A stretch of 10,553 bases of DNA from positions 1-10,553 of the forward strand of contig JBHHYI010000141.1 of NCBI GenBank assembly GCA_046757525.1, given 5' to 3'. The translations under genes were made by a program, and so were the position numbers. Under the pieces are notes generated by a model. That model had not been told where the DNA came from and ran no database searches. It saw nothing but the letters and a program-made list of their open reading frames with translations. Shown in pieces: positions 1 to 6,912 of the stretch. The DNA is from a bacterium (GTDB lineage: Bacteria; Zhuqueibacterota; Zhuqueibacteria; Oceanimicrobiales; Oceanimicrobiaceae). How positions within the stretch are numbered: the first letter of the stretch is position 1; every line of letters starts with the position of its first letter.

Positions 1-48
1 ACCCCTCGACTACGTCCGGCAACTGCCGGACTCCGCTCGGGGTGACAA
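1..48 (-). repeat. TGTC/CGTC-tagged REP-like palindromic repeat (may be cut by the window edge)
   Basis: Minus strand reads TTGTCA-CCCCGAG-cgga-GTCCGGC-AGTT-GCCGGAC-gtagt-CGAGGGGT: TGTCA tag, outer stem and a perfect inner hairpin. The same architecture occurs at 6752-6790. Confidence 0.65.
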
Positions 49-163
49 TATGGTGGTTAGGGGCCCCTTAAGTTGATGCCTATGCGAACATCGGGATTGC
101 GAGGGCTTCTAAGTTACCGTTGCCTGGTTCTGCACCAGGTTTCGAATAAGCAGCAACTAAAGC

Positions 164-197
164 ATAGGTGTGGTTCGACTTAAAGAACCGCACCTAT
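164..197. repeat. GTAG-type REP-like inverted repeat (alternatively a terminator-like hairpin)
   Basis: ATAGGTGTGGTTC (164-176) and GAACCGCACCTAT (185-197) form 13-bp arms with one G-T pair and an 8-nt loop; no U-tract follows. Confidence 0.55.
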
Positions 198-270
198 CGC
201 CTGAATCTATGACCGTGCCTTTTACACCTGCCGGGTTTCGCCATACTTCTTTCTGAACATTCTCTAAGAA

Positions 271-1245
271 TTGAAACTCTCAAAACTCTTACTTCTTTTG
301 TTTGCGTTTGCACTCCTCGTCTTTTTTGTGCACCAGTGGATAAGCTCTTTACCGAAAACCTCAGACCTTGCTGACGCAGGAATCGAAATATCCGCGAAGA
401 CCGGGGAAAGTCTCTTCTGGGGCAAAGGACGCTGCCTCGTGTGTCACCGCGTTGGTGCGCGCGGCTCTGGCTTGCGATGCCCTGACTTAGGCGCAGGAAG
501 AGACGGCCCGGCCATCGCCATTCGCGCTCAATCGCGAGCCCTAAATCTTGATCTGAAAAATCCCACCGAATACCTGGTTCAAAGCCTAACTGAACCCGGT
601 GCTTTCCTGGTTCCCGGCTACAAGAATGAAATGCCCTGGGTATTGCGGGCGCCCATTTTCCTCACTCCTGCGGAAATCAAGGCTGTCGTTTGCTATCTGC
701 AAAGCTTGGGGGGAATTCCCAACCCTGACGAGATCGAGCTTCCGGAAAAGGTGTTGGCCTACTACAACCGACCGCAGCAAAGGCGGGCGCCACAAGTCAA
801 AGGCAGTGTCGAGGACGGACGGCGTCTGTTTTTCGATGTGCAAGGGCCAGCAGCCTGTGCGGCCTGTCATGTCGGTAAAAATGCGGCGGGCGAAGCACAA
901 GGGAGCAACATCGGTCCGGATTTAAGCGCCATTGCCAGCATCAGAACTCCCGAGTTCATTTTGCAGCAAATCGTCAATCCTGATTCCCTCATTGTGAGCG
1001 GCTATGAAACCAGCCTGTTCGAGACTGATAGCGGCAGATTGTTGGTTGGATTGGTGCAGGAAAAAAATGAACAAAAGATCGTTCTTGTGGATAAGGCGAA
1101 ACGGGTAATTGAGATCGATCAGGCAACCGTGGCCTCGATTACGCCGCAAACCACCTCGATCATGCCCGGGAACTATGCGGAACTTCTCACCAGAAAGCAA
1201 TTGCAGAATCTGCTGGCTTACTTGTTGACCTTGACCGGAAAATGA
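271..1245 (+). CDS. Membrane-anchored di-heme c-type cytochrome; C-terminal half resembles the Pirellula/Verrucomicrobium-type putative heme-binding domain (TIGR02603-like)
   Basis: N-terminal hydrophobic anchor LLLLLFAFALLVFFV. Two CxxCH motifs (CLVCH, CAACH), each followed by a PDL motif and a distal MP (NEMP, SIMP). The second domain has GxVEDGRRLF...GPDLS...IVNPD...SGYE, a beta-rich insert and LLAYL. The TTG start is uncertain. Confidence 0.9.
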   Translation: MKLSKLLLLLFAFALLVFFVHQWISSLPKTSDLADAGIEISAKTGESLFWGKGRCLVCHRVGARGSGLRCPDLGAGRDGPAIAIRAQSRALNLDLKNPTEYLVQSLTEPGAFLVPGYKNEMPWVLRAPIFLTPAEIKAVVCYLQSLGGIPNPDEIELPEKVLAYYNRPQQRRAPQVKGSVEDGRRLFFDVQGPAACAACHVGKNAAGEAQGSNIGPDLSAIASIRTPEFILQQIVNPDSLIVSGYETSLFETDSGRLLVGLVQEKNEQKIVLVDKAKRVIEIDQATVASITPQTTSIMPGNYAELLTRKQLQNLLAYLLTLTGK

Positions 1246-1321
1246 AGCCAGTGGCTCCGTGCTGCAAGCCGACAATATTGTGTTTTTTTTAGCAAGCTTA
1301 GTTTTGTTTTTTTGAATAATT

Positions 1322-1529
1322 CCTAACCCGGACAAAGCCAGAACCTAAAAAGACAAGATAATTCATTTAATGATTTTGTCGTCCATTATTTTGTCTTATG
1401 AATTTCTGTACTTATTGACACGATGTTGAGATTTACATTATCCTGTTCATCCTGTCTAAATTCTTATGTCAACGCAATAGTGAAAGGCTGTACTTGGTGG
1501 AATTTGGTTGCGGGCTCCGCCGCGCTGTG
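1322..1529. repeat. AT-rich composite intergenic repeat / MITE-like remnant between convergent genes
   Basis: Loosely inverted GC-rich ends CCTAACCCGGACAAAGCCAGAACC (1322-1345) and TTGGTTGCGGGCTCCGCCGCGCTGTG (1504-1529). Internal 12/13 inverted repeat AAGACAAGATAAT (1350-1362) / ATTATTTTGTCTT (1385-1397). Short tandem ATCCTGTTC-ATCCTGTC (1440-1456). Confidence 0.4.
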
Positions 1530-1549
1530 CAACGCTGTGGTAAGCCTGG

Positions 1550-1987
1550 TCACCGCATTCCGGTGTCGACATCAATTCTGATCTCAACGGTCTTGCCGGG
1601 TCGGACGACGATTTCTTGCGGCAAGTCGGCGCTTCTCTCGATGCCGGCGAGGTTCATCTTCACCACGTAAAGGCCGGCTTCCAAACTTAGCTTGAAATAG
1701 CCGTTGGCGTCCAGGGCCGCTTCTGCAACAGGCGTCTTTTGGCCCTTGCGGTAAATCATGACCTTCCTGATCTGGTACCATTTGGACATCGCCGGCGGAG
1801 GTTCGTTCTTTCTCAACACAGGCCGCGCGGGGCCAACGATTACCTGCCCTTTAACGATGCCCTCAGGCGTTTCGGTTTGCGCCGCTGGTTTCCGAAAGCA
1901 GCCCGCCAGAATGATGAAAGCTCCAATCGCCACCAATCCAATATGGGCCATATTGGCAAATTCAACAGCAAAGCTTCTAAAGTACAT
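1550..1987 (-). CDS. Small lipoprotein with a carboxypeptidase-regulatory-like / transthyretin-like beta-sandwich
   Basis: Hydrophobic stretch ending in lipobox LAG|C. Pattern GIVKGQV...DANGYFKLSLEAGLYVV...IVVRPGKTVEIRI is typical of this fold. AGGA lies just upstream of ATG 1987 (alternative ATG 1951). Starts 32 bp after the kinase stop. Confidence 0.8.
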   Translation of the reverse strand: MYFRSFAVEFANMAHIGLVAIGAFIILAGCFRKPAAQTETPEGIVKGQVIVGPARPVLRKNEPPPAMSKWYQIRKVMIYRKGQKTPVAEAALDANGYFKLSLEAGLYVVKMNLAGIERSADLPQEIVVRPGKTVEIRIDVDTGMR

Positions 1988-2019
1988 GCTTGATCCTGGT
2001 TTGGTTGGGGCCGCGAGCC

Positions 2020-3954
2020 TTAAACAGGGGAAGTCGGTAATCCTGCTTTCACCTCTTGCAACTCAGACAACAAAGTCGCTGCGTCATCGCACCGCTCATC
2101 CCGGTCTTTCTCGAGCGTTTTCTGGACGATCCATTCCAGGAGCTCTGGCAAATCGGCATTGACCGCCCGCAGCGGTTCCGGCTCTTCGTTGATGATCGAA
2201 TACAAAACGGTCAGTTCGTGCTCTCCGTTGAAGGGGCGTTGGCCAGCCAACAATTCGTAAAGCAGAACTCCAAAAGAGAAGATATCGGTGCGATGGTCGG
2301 TGGGCAATCCGCTGGCTTGTTCTGGCGACATGTAGCTCAGGGTGCCCAGGGTGGTACCCGTCTTTGTCAAACCCTTGTCCGGCCGCTGCTGCATTTTTGC
2401 CAGACCGAAGTCCATTATTTTTGCTTGCGCGTCCCTGGTGATCATGATGTTTTCGGGCTTGATATCCCTGTGCACGATGTTCCTGGCATGCGCGTGGGTT
2501 AGCCCGCTGGCCACCTGAATGGCAATATTCAATTTTTCAAGCAAAGAGGCGGGCTGGTTCGAGAACCAGCCGCGCAGCGTTTGACCCGCAACATACTCCA
2601 TCGAGATGAACAGCAGGCCCCCTGCCTCGCCAATCTGGTAGATCGTCGCAATATTCGGATGATTCAAAGCTGAGGCCGCCCGGGCCTCGAGAACAAATCT
2701 TTCCTTGAAGTCTGAATTGGCCATTAAATCCGCACGTAACACTTTCAGGGCCACGATTCGCTGGAGTTGCTCATCTAGCGCCTTGAATACAACGCCCATG
2801 CCGCCTGCGCCCAGTTTCTCCAAAATATGGTGTTGCCCCAGGCGGTCTCCTATTTCTGGCATCGGTCGCATTTTTCGGGGTGCGGAGGCAATGCTTTCGG
2901 AAGCCTGAGCGCGTCTCAGCGAGGTCTCGGAATAAAGCTTGTCTTTCTCGCGTTGCAACCACTGCTCGAAAAAGTAATTGGAAATCCGGTAATGACTTTC
3001 CTCTTGTTTGATGATTCCGGACTGAAGCAGTCCATAAAGCTTTTCAATGAGATTTTCCTGGCTTTCTCCGATTTTGTTTTGCAAATCCGGCAGGGTCAAG
3101 AGCTGGTTTTGCAGCAGGTGCAGCAGAATCTCCTTTTCTTCGGCTCTTAGAATCTGGAAATCGACGGCAAAAAAATGGGCGATCATGTCGTCATGGCTCA
3201 CTTCCTCGATGACTCTGGGCAGGTCGTGGCATTCAAACAAGCGCCGGCAGATCAATTGCAGCAGGTAGGGATGGTTGTTGGTTTTGGCCAGGATTTCGGC
3301 CACGACAGCCGGCGCAAAATGGCCCAGTCCAATGAGTCTTTTCGCTTCCTTGTCTTCCAAACGGCTCAAATACACCGGGGGAACGAATCCGTACAAGAAA
3401 GGCGACGTTTGTGGATTTGAACTGTTTTCGAGAGCGCCCAATCTTTTGGTGGCCGTCAGTACTGTGACCAGGTTCTCACCGCGCTGAAATATCCGGCGTA
3501 ACTTCGGCAGCACCTCCGGATTGTTCTTCTCAACATTGATGAGCTCTTCTGCTTCATCACAGAGCAGCAGGAGGTTCAGATTCTTCGCTCTGGCACTGCG
3601 TTTTAGAATCCGCAAGCTCTCAAAAATGTCCCGGCCTTCGAGGTCGTCGACGTGTACGCCTATGTCCGCAAACCGTTCCGAAGCATCTTCGACACTCTCC
3701 AGTAGCGTTTCTTTGAGACCGGCAATATCCCGACTGCCTTGCAAGTCCCAGAACAATGAGACGAATTCGTTGGCGTACGCGCCCTCTGTGGTGAGCCATT
3801 CGATCTGCTTCAACAGGGAAGTCTTGCCGAATCGCCGCGTTGCGGCAATCCAGAGATAGTTTCTTCCACCCCGCAGAATCTCATCGATGAGCTTTTTACG
3901 TCCGAAGAAATTCTCTCCTCGAACCCAACTTCCAGCGATGAAAGGATTTTTCAT
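2020..3954 (-). CDS. STAND-type P-loop ATPase + winged helix + C-terminal Hanks-type Ser/Thr protein kinase
   Basis: ATPase: NPFIAG..FFGR, Walker A ATRRFGKTS, Walker B LLLLCDEAE, helical NHPYLLQLIC. A wHTH-like segment follows (~3150-2950). Kinase (~2835-2050) is intact: GAGGMGVV, VALK, HRDIKPEN, DFG, GTLSYMSPE, DIFSFG. Start placed at ATG 3954; GTG 3969 or 3981 are possible. Confidence 0.93.
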   Translation of the reverse strand: MKNPFIAGSWVRGENFFGRKKLIDEILRGGRNYLWIAATRRFGKTSLLKQIEWLTTEGAYANEFVSLFWDLQGSRDIAGLKETLLESVEDASERFADIGVHVDDLEGRDIFESLRILKRSARAKNLNLLLLCDEAEELINVEKNNPEVLPKLRRIFQRGENLVTVLTATKRLGALENSSNPQTSPFLYGFVPPVYLSRLEDKEAKRLIGLGHFAPAVVAEILAKTNNHPYLLQLICRRLFECHDLPRVIEEVSHDDMIAHFFAVDFQILRAEEKEILLHLLQNQLLTLPDLQNKIGESQENLIEKLYGLLQSGIIKQEESHYRISNYFFEQWLQREKDKLYSETSLRRAQASESIASAPRKMRPMPEIGDRLGQHHILEKLGAGGMGVVFKALDEQLQRIVALKVLRADLMANSDFKERFVLEARAASALNHPNIATIYQIGEAGGLLFISMEYVAGQTLRGWFSNQPASLLEKLNIAIQVASGLTHAHARNIVHRDIKPENIMITRDAQAKIMDFGLAKMQQRPDKGLTKTGTTLGTLSYMSPEQASGLPTDHRTDIFSFGVLLYELLAGQRPFNGEHELTVLYSIINEEPEPLRAVNADLPELLEWIVQKTLEKDRDERCDDAATLLSELQEVKAGLPTSPV

Positions 3955-4227
3955 GCCAATATTAGCCACCGCGTAAGCCACCTCGATTATCAGTGGAATC
4001 GCTTAATCCACCTTCGTTTCACGGCTCCATTGGTTGCAATCCCAAGTGAGCCGCGTCCTAATGTGCTCCTTTTGTTGCCAACAAACAAGCATTGTTAGCC
4101 ATGATTTGGGCCTGATCTCAAAGAATGAGCCGCTTCACACCTGCCCTGTTTACGCCGCAAGATCAACTCCAGGTGTTCGACTTCAGACGGGACTTTCGCC
4201 CGAGTGGACGACAAATCCTGCGGGAGT

Positions 4228-4256
4228 GAAAGAAGAAATGAAGTTGACCCCATTTC
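4228..4256 (-). terminator. Weak putative intrinsic terminator/attenuator after the TPR-ATPase gene
   Basis: Minus strand GAAATGGGG-TCAA-CTTCATTTC (9-bp stem with 2 G-U pairs) followed by TTCTTTC, starting 6 nt after the stop at 4263. Confidence 0.35.
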
Positions 4257-4262
4257 AGCATT

Positions 4263-6383
4263 TCACCCGTGCCGGTCAAACACATGTCTGCGTACGGCTT
4301 CCACATCTGCCACCGTAACCTTGCGTCGCTTTGCTTCGATGATTCTGTTGATGCTGTTGATGCAGAATCTCTGAATAATATAGGGCTTGCATTCGCTATA
4401 TTCAATTATTTTTTCGATGGCGGCCTCCTCGTAGCTGAAAATTCCGGCTACCGGTTTGCGAATGAGCGTCACCGCATCCTCTTTGGGTAGAGGCGGCACT
4501 TCAATTTCTTCAAAGAAATTGTACCAGGGACTGCCTTCGCTCTCCCAGTCTTTGCTGATGTAAGCGCCGGACATCACCGCCACCAAATTCTCTGCGAAGG
4601 ATTTCATAAACACGCTGCGCAGCTTCTGGTTGACTTGGGGGCTGTATTTGTTGAGTTCATCTACTTCGTCCATCAAAAGCACGAGCTTTAGTTTTTTCTC
4701 GCTTTGCTGTTTCAACGTTTGCAGCAGCTTTTTCAAGTCTCTGGAGAAATCGCGCGCGGAATAGGGCGCGTTTTTCGCGTCCAAATGCAAGGGAGCCGCG
4801 CCATTTAGCTGTGACCTGCACGCCTCCAGAATTTCTTCCATGAGGGTCGCAAAAAACAACTCTTCGGGCGTGCCCTGCAAGTCAATCAACACCGGAACAA
4901 AATTAAATTCCGGATCGTGCAGCTTTTCCAAACGCTGCTTCAATTGATGCTGAATGGAGGTTTTCCCGATTCTCCTCGGGCCGTAGAGCATCAAGCTGTT
5001 GTTGTGTACCGTGTTCAGAATGCGTCTTAGTAGCGTCTCACGGCCAAAAAACATCTCCTCGTTGCGAATGGGGGAGCCCGCGACGTAGGGATTGTATTTG
5101 TTCACGATGGCGATGCGATACTTGATGCGTTTTGTAATTACAATTACCAGGGCCGCAAGCAAGGCCACAGCCGCGGCAACGATTGCGGCGGCTGTGGTCC
5201 GATAAAAGGGCTGTTTGCGAATGACGGTAAAAAGCTGCCTGGTTTCGTGTCTGGTTGAATCGATATCGTAGGCGATCAATGCGATCTGGTTTTCACCCAT
5301 CTTGACAGGAATCCTGGTCGAAAAAGAGAAGTTGCTGGGGTCACCGTCCGCTTGTGGCCGTATGAAGAATTGTTCACCGGCCGCGTTCAGGACCGCTTTG
5401 CCATTCTTGAACAGCGCAATTTTCTCGATGCCCTGGTCGTCGCCCACTTGTCCGGACACCTGCACGAACGCAGAGTGCACCTCGGTCACCGCCTTCAGCG
5501 GCGCGCGGATGGCAAAGACCGGCGCGCTGGTCCGTTCAATGGTTTTCTCGATGACCTCAGGCCCAGCGATGGGTTGAGGGTTCACATCCTCTTGCAGATT
5601 AAGACGGTCGATCTCCGCCCGGGTGCGTTGGGCCCAGTCCGAGGCTGCCGTGAAATTGGGATCCAGCTTCTCAATGGCCTGGAATTGTGCCAGCGCCTGC
5701 GGGTACTGACCTGAAACAAAGTAATTGAGGCCGCTGTTGAATTTTTCCTGAATTCCGGAAGCCGTTTTTTGCGACTGCCTCTTCTGCCGGATTTCGGATT
5801 CAAGCCACTTGTCATAAGCGCTCAAGCGCAAATCTTTGGGGTGACTACTGCGCAAGTCAGCCAACACCTTTCTGGCCCTGGCAAATTCTCCGCTGGCAAT
5901 CAAATCCTGCAAGCGGGCGATCTGGTCGTCCGAAACGAGGTCCCGGGCCTGCGCCTCGATCGAACTCTGCAATTCAGAGAATTCTTGCAAGTTCTGGGCG
6001 ATTTTTTTGAACTTAGCGAGCTGGTAGCGGTGATCAGTGTGAAGCACCGCACCCTGAATTTCAGCAATGCGAAAATTGTCGGCGGCCATCTGGTATTCAC
6101 CCGAAAAAAGATAAGCCTGGGCAAGATAGTAGTAGGGCAGATACTCTACCGGCCTGAGGTTGGAGGTTGTCGCTTGATGGTCAGAGATGGGTCTCAGGCT
6201 CACGGCTATTTGTAGGCTTTCGATGGCCCGCTGCCATTCGCCCCGTCGCAAGGCAGCCAGAGCCTGATCGTAATTCTCATTCCACTCGTCCGCTTTCACC
6301 AAAGGGGACAGAAAGAATAGTCCAACAAAGACCGCCAACCTGAAGCACCTGAGTCGTAGAATGTTTCCCAAATACTGTAACAT
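4263..6383 (-). CDS. Single-pass membrane protein: signal peptide, extracytoplasmic TPRs and Ig-like domain, TM helix, cytoplasmic STAND-type ATPase
   Basis: Signal peptide RLRCFRLAVFVGLFFLSPLVKA|D. TPR-like helices YDQALAALRRGEWQRAIESL, YYYLAQAYLFSGEYQMA, FNSGLNYFVSGQYPQALAQF. Ig-like VSGQVGDDQGI...GENQIALIAYD (~5525-5215). TM AAAIVAAAVALLAALVIVI (~5195-5135) followed by basic KRIKYR. ATPase NPYVAG..FFGR, GPRRIGKTS, LVLLMDEVD. Start placed at ATG 6383 (ORF track uses TTG 6398). Confidence 0.92.
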   Translation of the reverse strand: MLQYLGNILRLRCFRLAVFVGLFFLSPLVKADEWNENYDQALAALRRGEWQRAIESLQIAVSLRPISDHQATTSNLRPVEYLPYYYLAQAYLFSGEYQMAADNFRIAEIQGAVLHTDHRYQLAKFKKIAQNLQEFSELQSSIEAQARDLVSDDQIARLQDLIASGEFARARKVLADLRSSHPKDLRLSAYDKWLESEIRQKRQSQKTASGIQEKFNSGLNYFVSGQYPQALAQFQAIEKLDPNFTAASDWAQRTRAEIDRLNLQEDVNPQPIAGPEVIEKTIERTSAPVFAIRAPLKAVTEVHSAFVQVSGQVGDDQGIEKIALFKNGKAVLNAAGEQFFIRPQADGDPSNFSFSTRIPVKMGENQIALIAYDIDSTRHETRQLFTVIRKQPFYRTTAAAIVAAAVALLAALVIVITKRIKYRIAIVNKYNPYVAGSPIRNEEMFFGRETLLRRILNTVHNNSLMLYGPRRIGKTSIQHQLKQRLEKLHDPEFNFVPVLIDLQGTPEELFFATLMEEILEACRSQLNGAAPLHLDAKNAPYSARDFSRDLKKLLQTLKQQSEKKLKLVLLMDEVDELNKYSPQVNQKLRSVFMKSFAENLVAVMSGAYISKDWESEGSPWYNFFEEIEVPPLPKEDAVTLIRKPVAGIFSYEEAAIEKIIEYSECKPYIIQRFCINSINRIIEAKRRKVTVADVEAVRRHVFDRHG

Positions 6384-6425
6384 AACCTCTGGCTCCAAGA
6401 ACTTTCACAAAACGCTCTGGTGTAC

Positions 6426-6447
6426 GTAACGCAATCGTCTCGATTGC
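6426..6447 (+). repeat. GTAG-like REP hairpin
   Basis: GTAAC tag followed by perfect 7-bp arms GCAATCG-TCT-CGATTGC (6431-6447), abutting the duplicated element. Confidence 0.45.
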
Positions 6448-6650
6448 AGAGCCCATTCTGCCTTCGAAAGAGACAGATTGTCGCTCCTCCAGAGCGAAAA
6501 TCAGAGGGATGTCAGGCCGCCAGAACCGTGGCTTAGGTTGTCAGGCCGAATCCTAACCTCCCCCTGGTTTGTCGCTGCACGCTTCAAAAACCATCCCCTT
6601 TCAAAGGGAGATTCTTTGCAATCACCGCATCCACAAATAGTCGTACCAGC
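6444..6650 (-). repeat. Copy 1 of a ~205 bp duplicated non-coding promoter/leader element, upstream of the TPR-ATPase gene
   Basis: Direct repeat of 8630-8841. By manual alignment the ungapped core 6470-6556 vs 8657-8743 matches at 74/87 nt, including an exact 19-mer CGAAAATCAGAGGGATGTC. Confidence 0.9.
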
Positions 6651-6751
6651 ACCAGCCCAAAGAGTCGACTTGCATCGTGGTCGATAGTGTTCAGCGGTCT
6701 TGCACGTAACGATAAACTTCGCGTGGTGGTGCCAAGGGAGTCGCAACCATG

Positions 6752-6790
6752 TTGTCATTTCGAGTCAGGCTGTTGCCTGACGAGAAATCT
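6752..6790 (+). repeat. TGTC/CGTC-tagged REP-like palindromic repeat
   Basis: TTGTCA-TTTCGA-GTCAGGC-TGTT-GCCTGAC-GAGAAATCT, with a perfect inner hairpin and an outer stem. A possible degenerate inverted partner lies at ~6860-6893 (ATTCTTCATCCGGCGTTCGTCTGATTCGGAATGT). Confidence 0.7.
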
Positions 6791-6912
6791 TGAGGCCGCC
6801 GAACGTTCAGGGCACTCCGTTATTTCCTTGGAGAGGAAGAACATGAGTCGCACCACCAAATTCTTCATCCGGCGTTCGTCTGATTCGGAATGTTCGATAA
6901 GGCTTTTGCCCA

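Noticed and set aside
4034..4318. 94-aa + strand ORF in the inter-ATPase spacer
   Set aside because: TTG start, no motif, and antisense overlap with the end of the receptor gene.
2020..6383. Assignment to Avs/NACHT anti-phage systems or MoxR-vWA ternary systems
   Set aside because: There are no cytoplasmic C-terminal sensor repeats, no nuclease/TIR/SIR2 effector and no vWA or MoxR gene. A defence role is not excluded but cannot be called from sequence.
6488..6535. SAM-I riboswitch-like words on + (TCCAGAG, GAGGGA, GGCC, GAACC)
   Set aside because: Lacks GCAACC and the GGTGC/AATTCC elements, spacing is wrong, copy 2 loses GGCC, and no + strand gene follows copy 1.
6520..6622. c-di-GMP-I-like fragments on - (GCAAA..GAAA hairpin, AAGCCACGG)
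   Set aside because: The fragments are about 60 nt apart rather than contiguous, the GCAAAG junction is missing, and the GAAA loop is not kept in copy 2.
6478..6758. Short ORFs 6478-6687(+) and 6501-6758(-) resembling 8641-8823(+) and 8688-8939(-)
   Set aside because: The peptide similarity only reflects the DNA repeat. Mismatches show no third-position bias, indels shift the frame between copies, and the starts are not shared.
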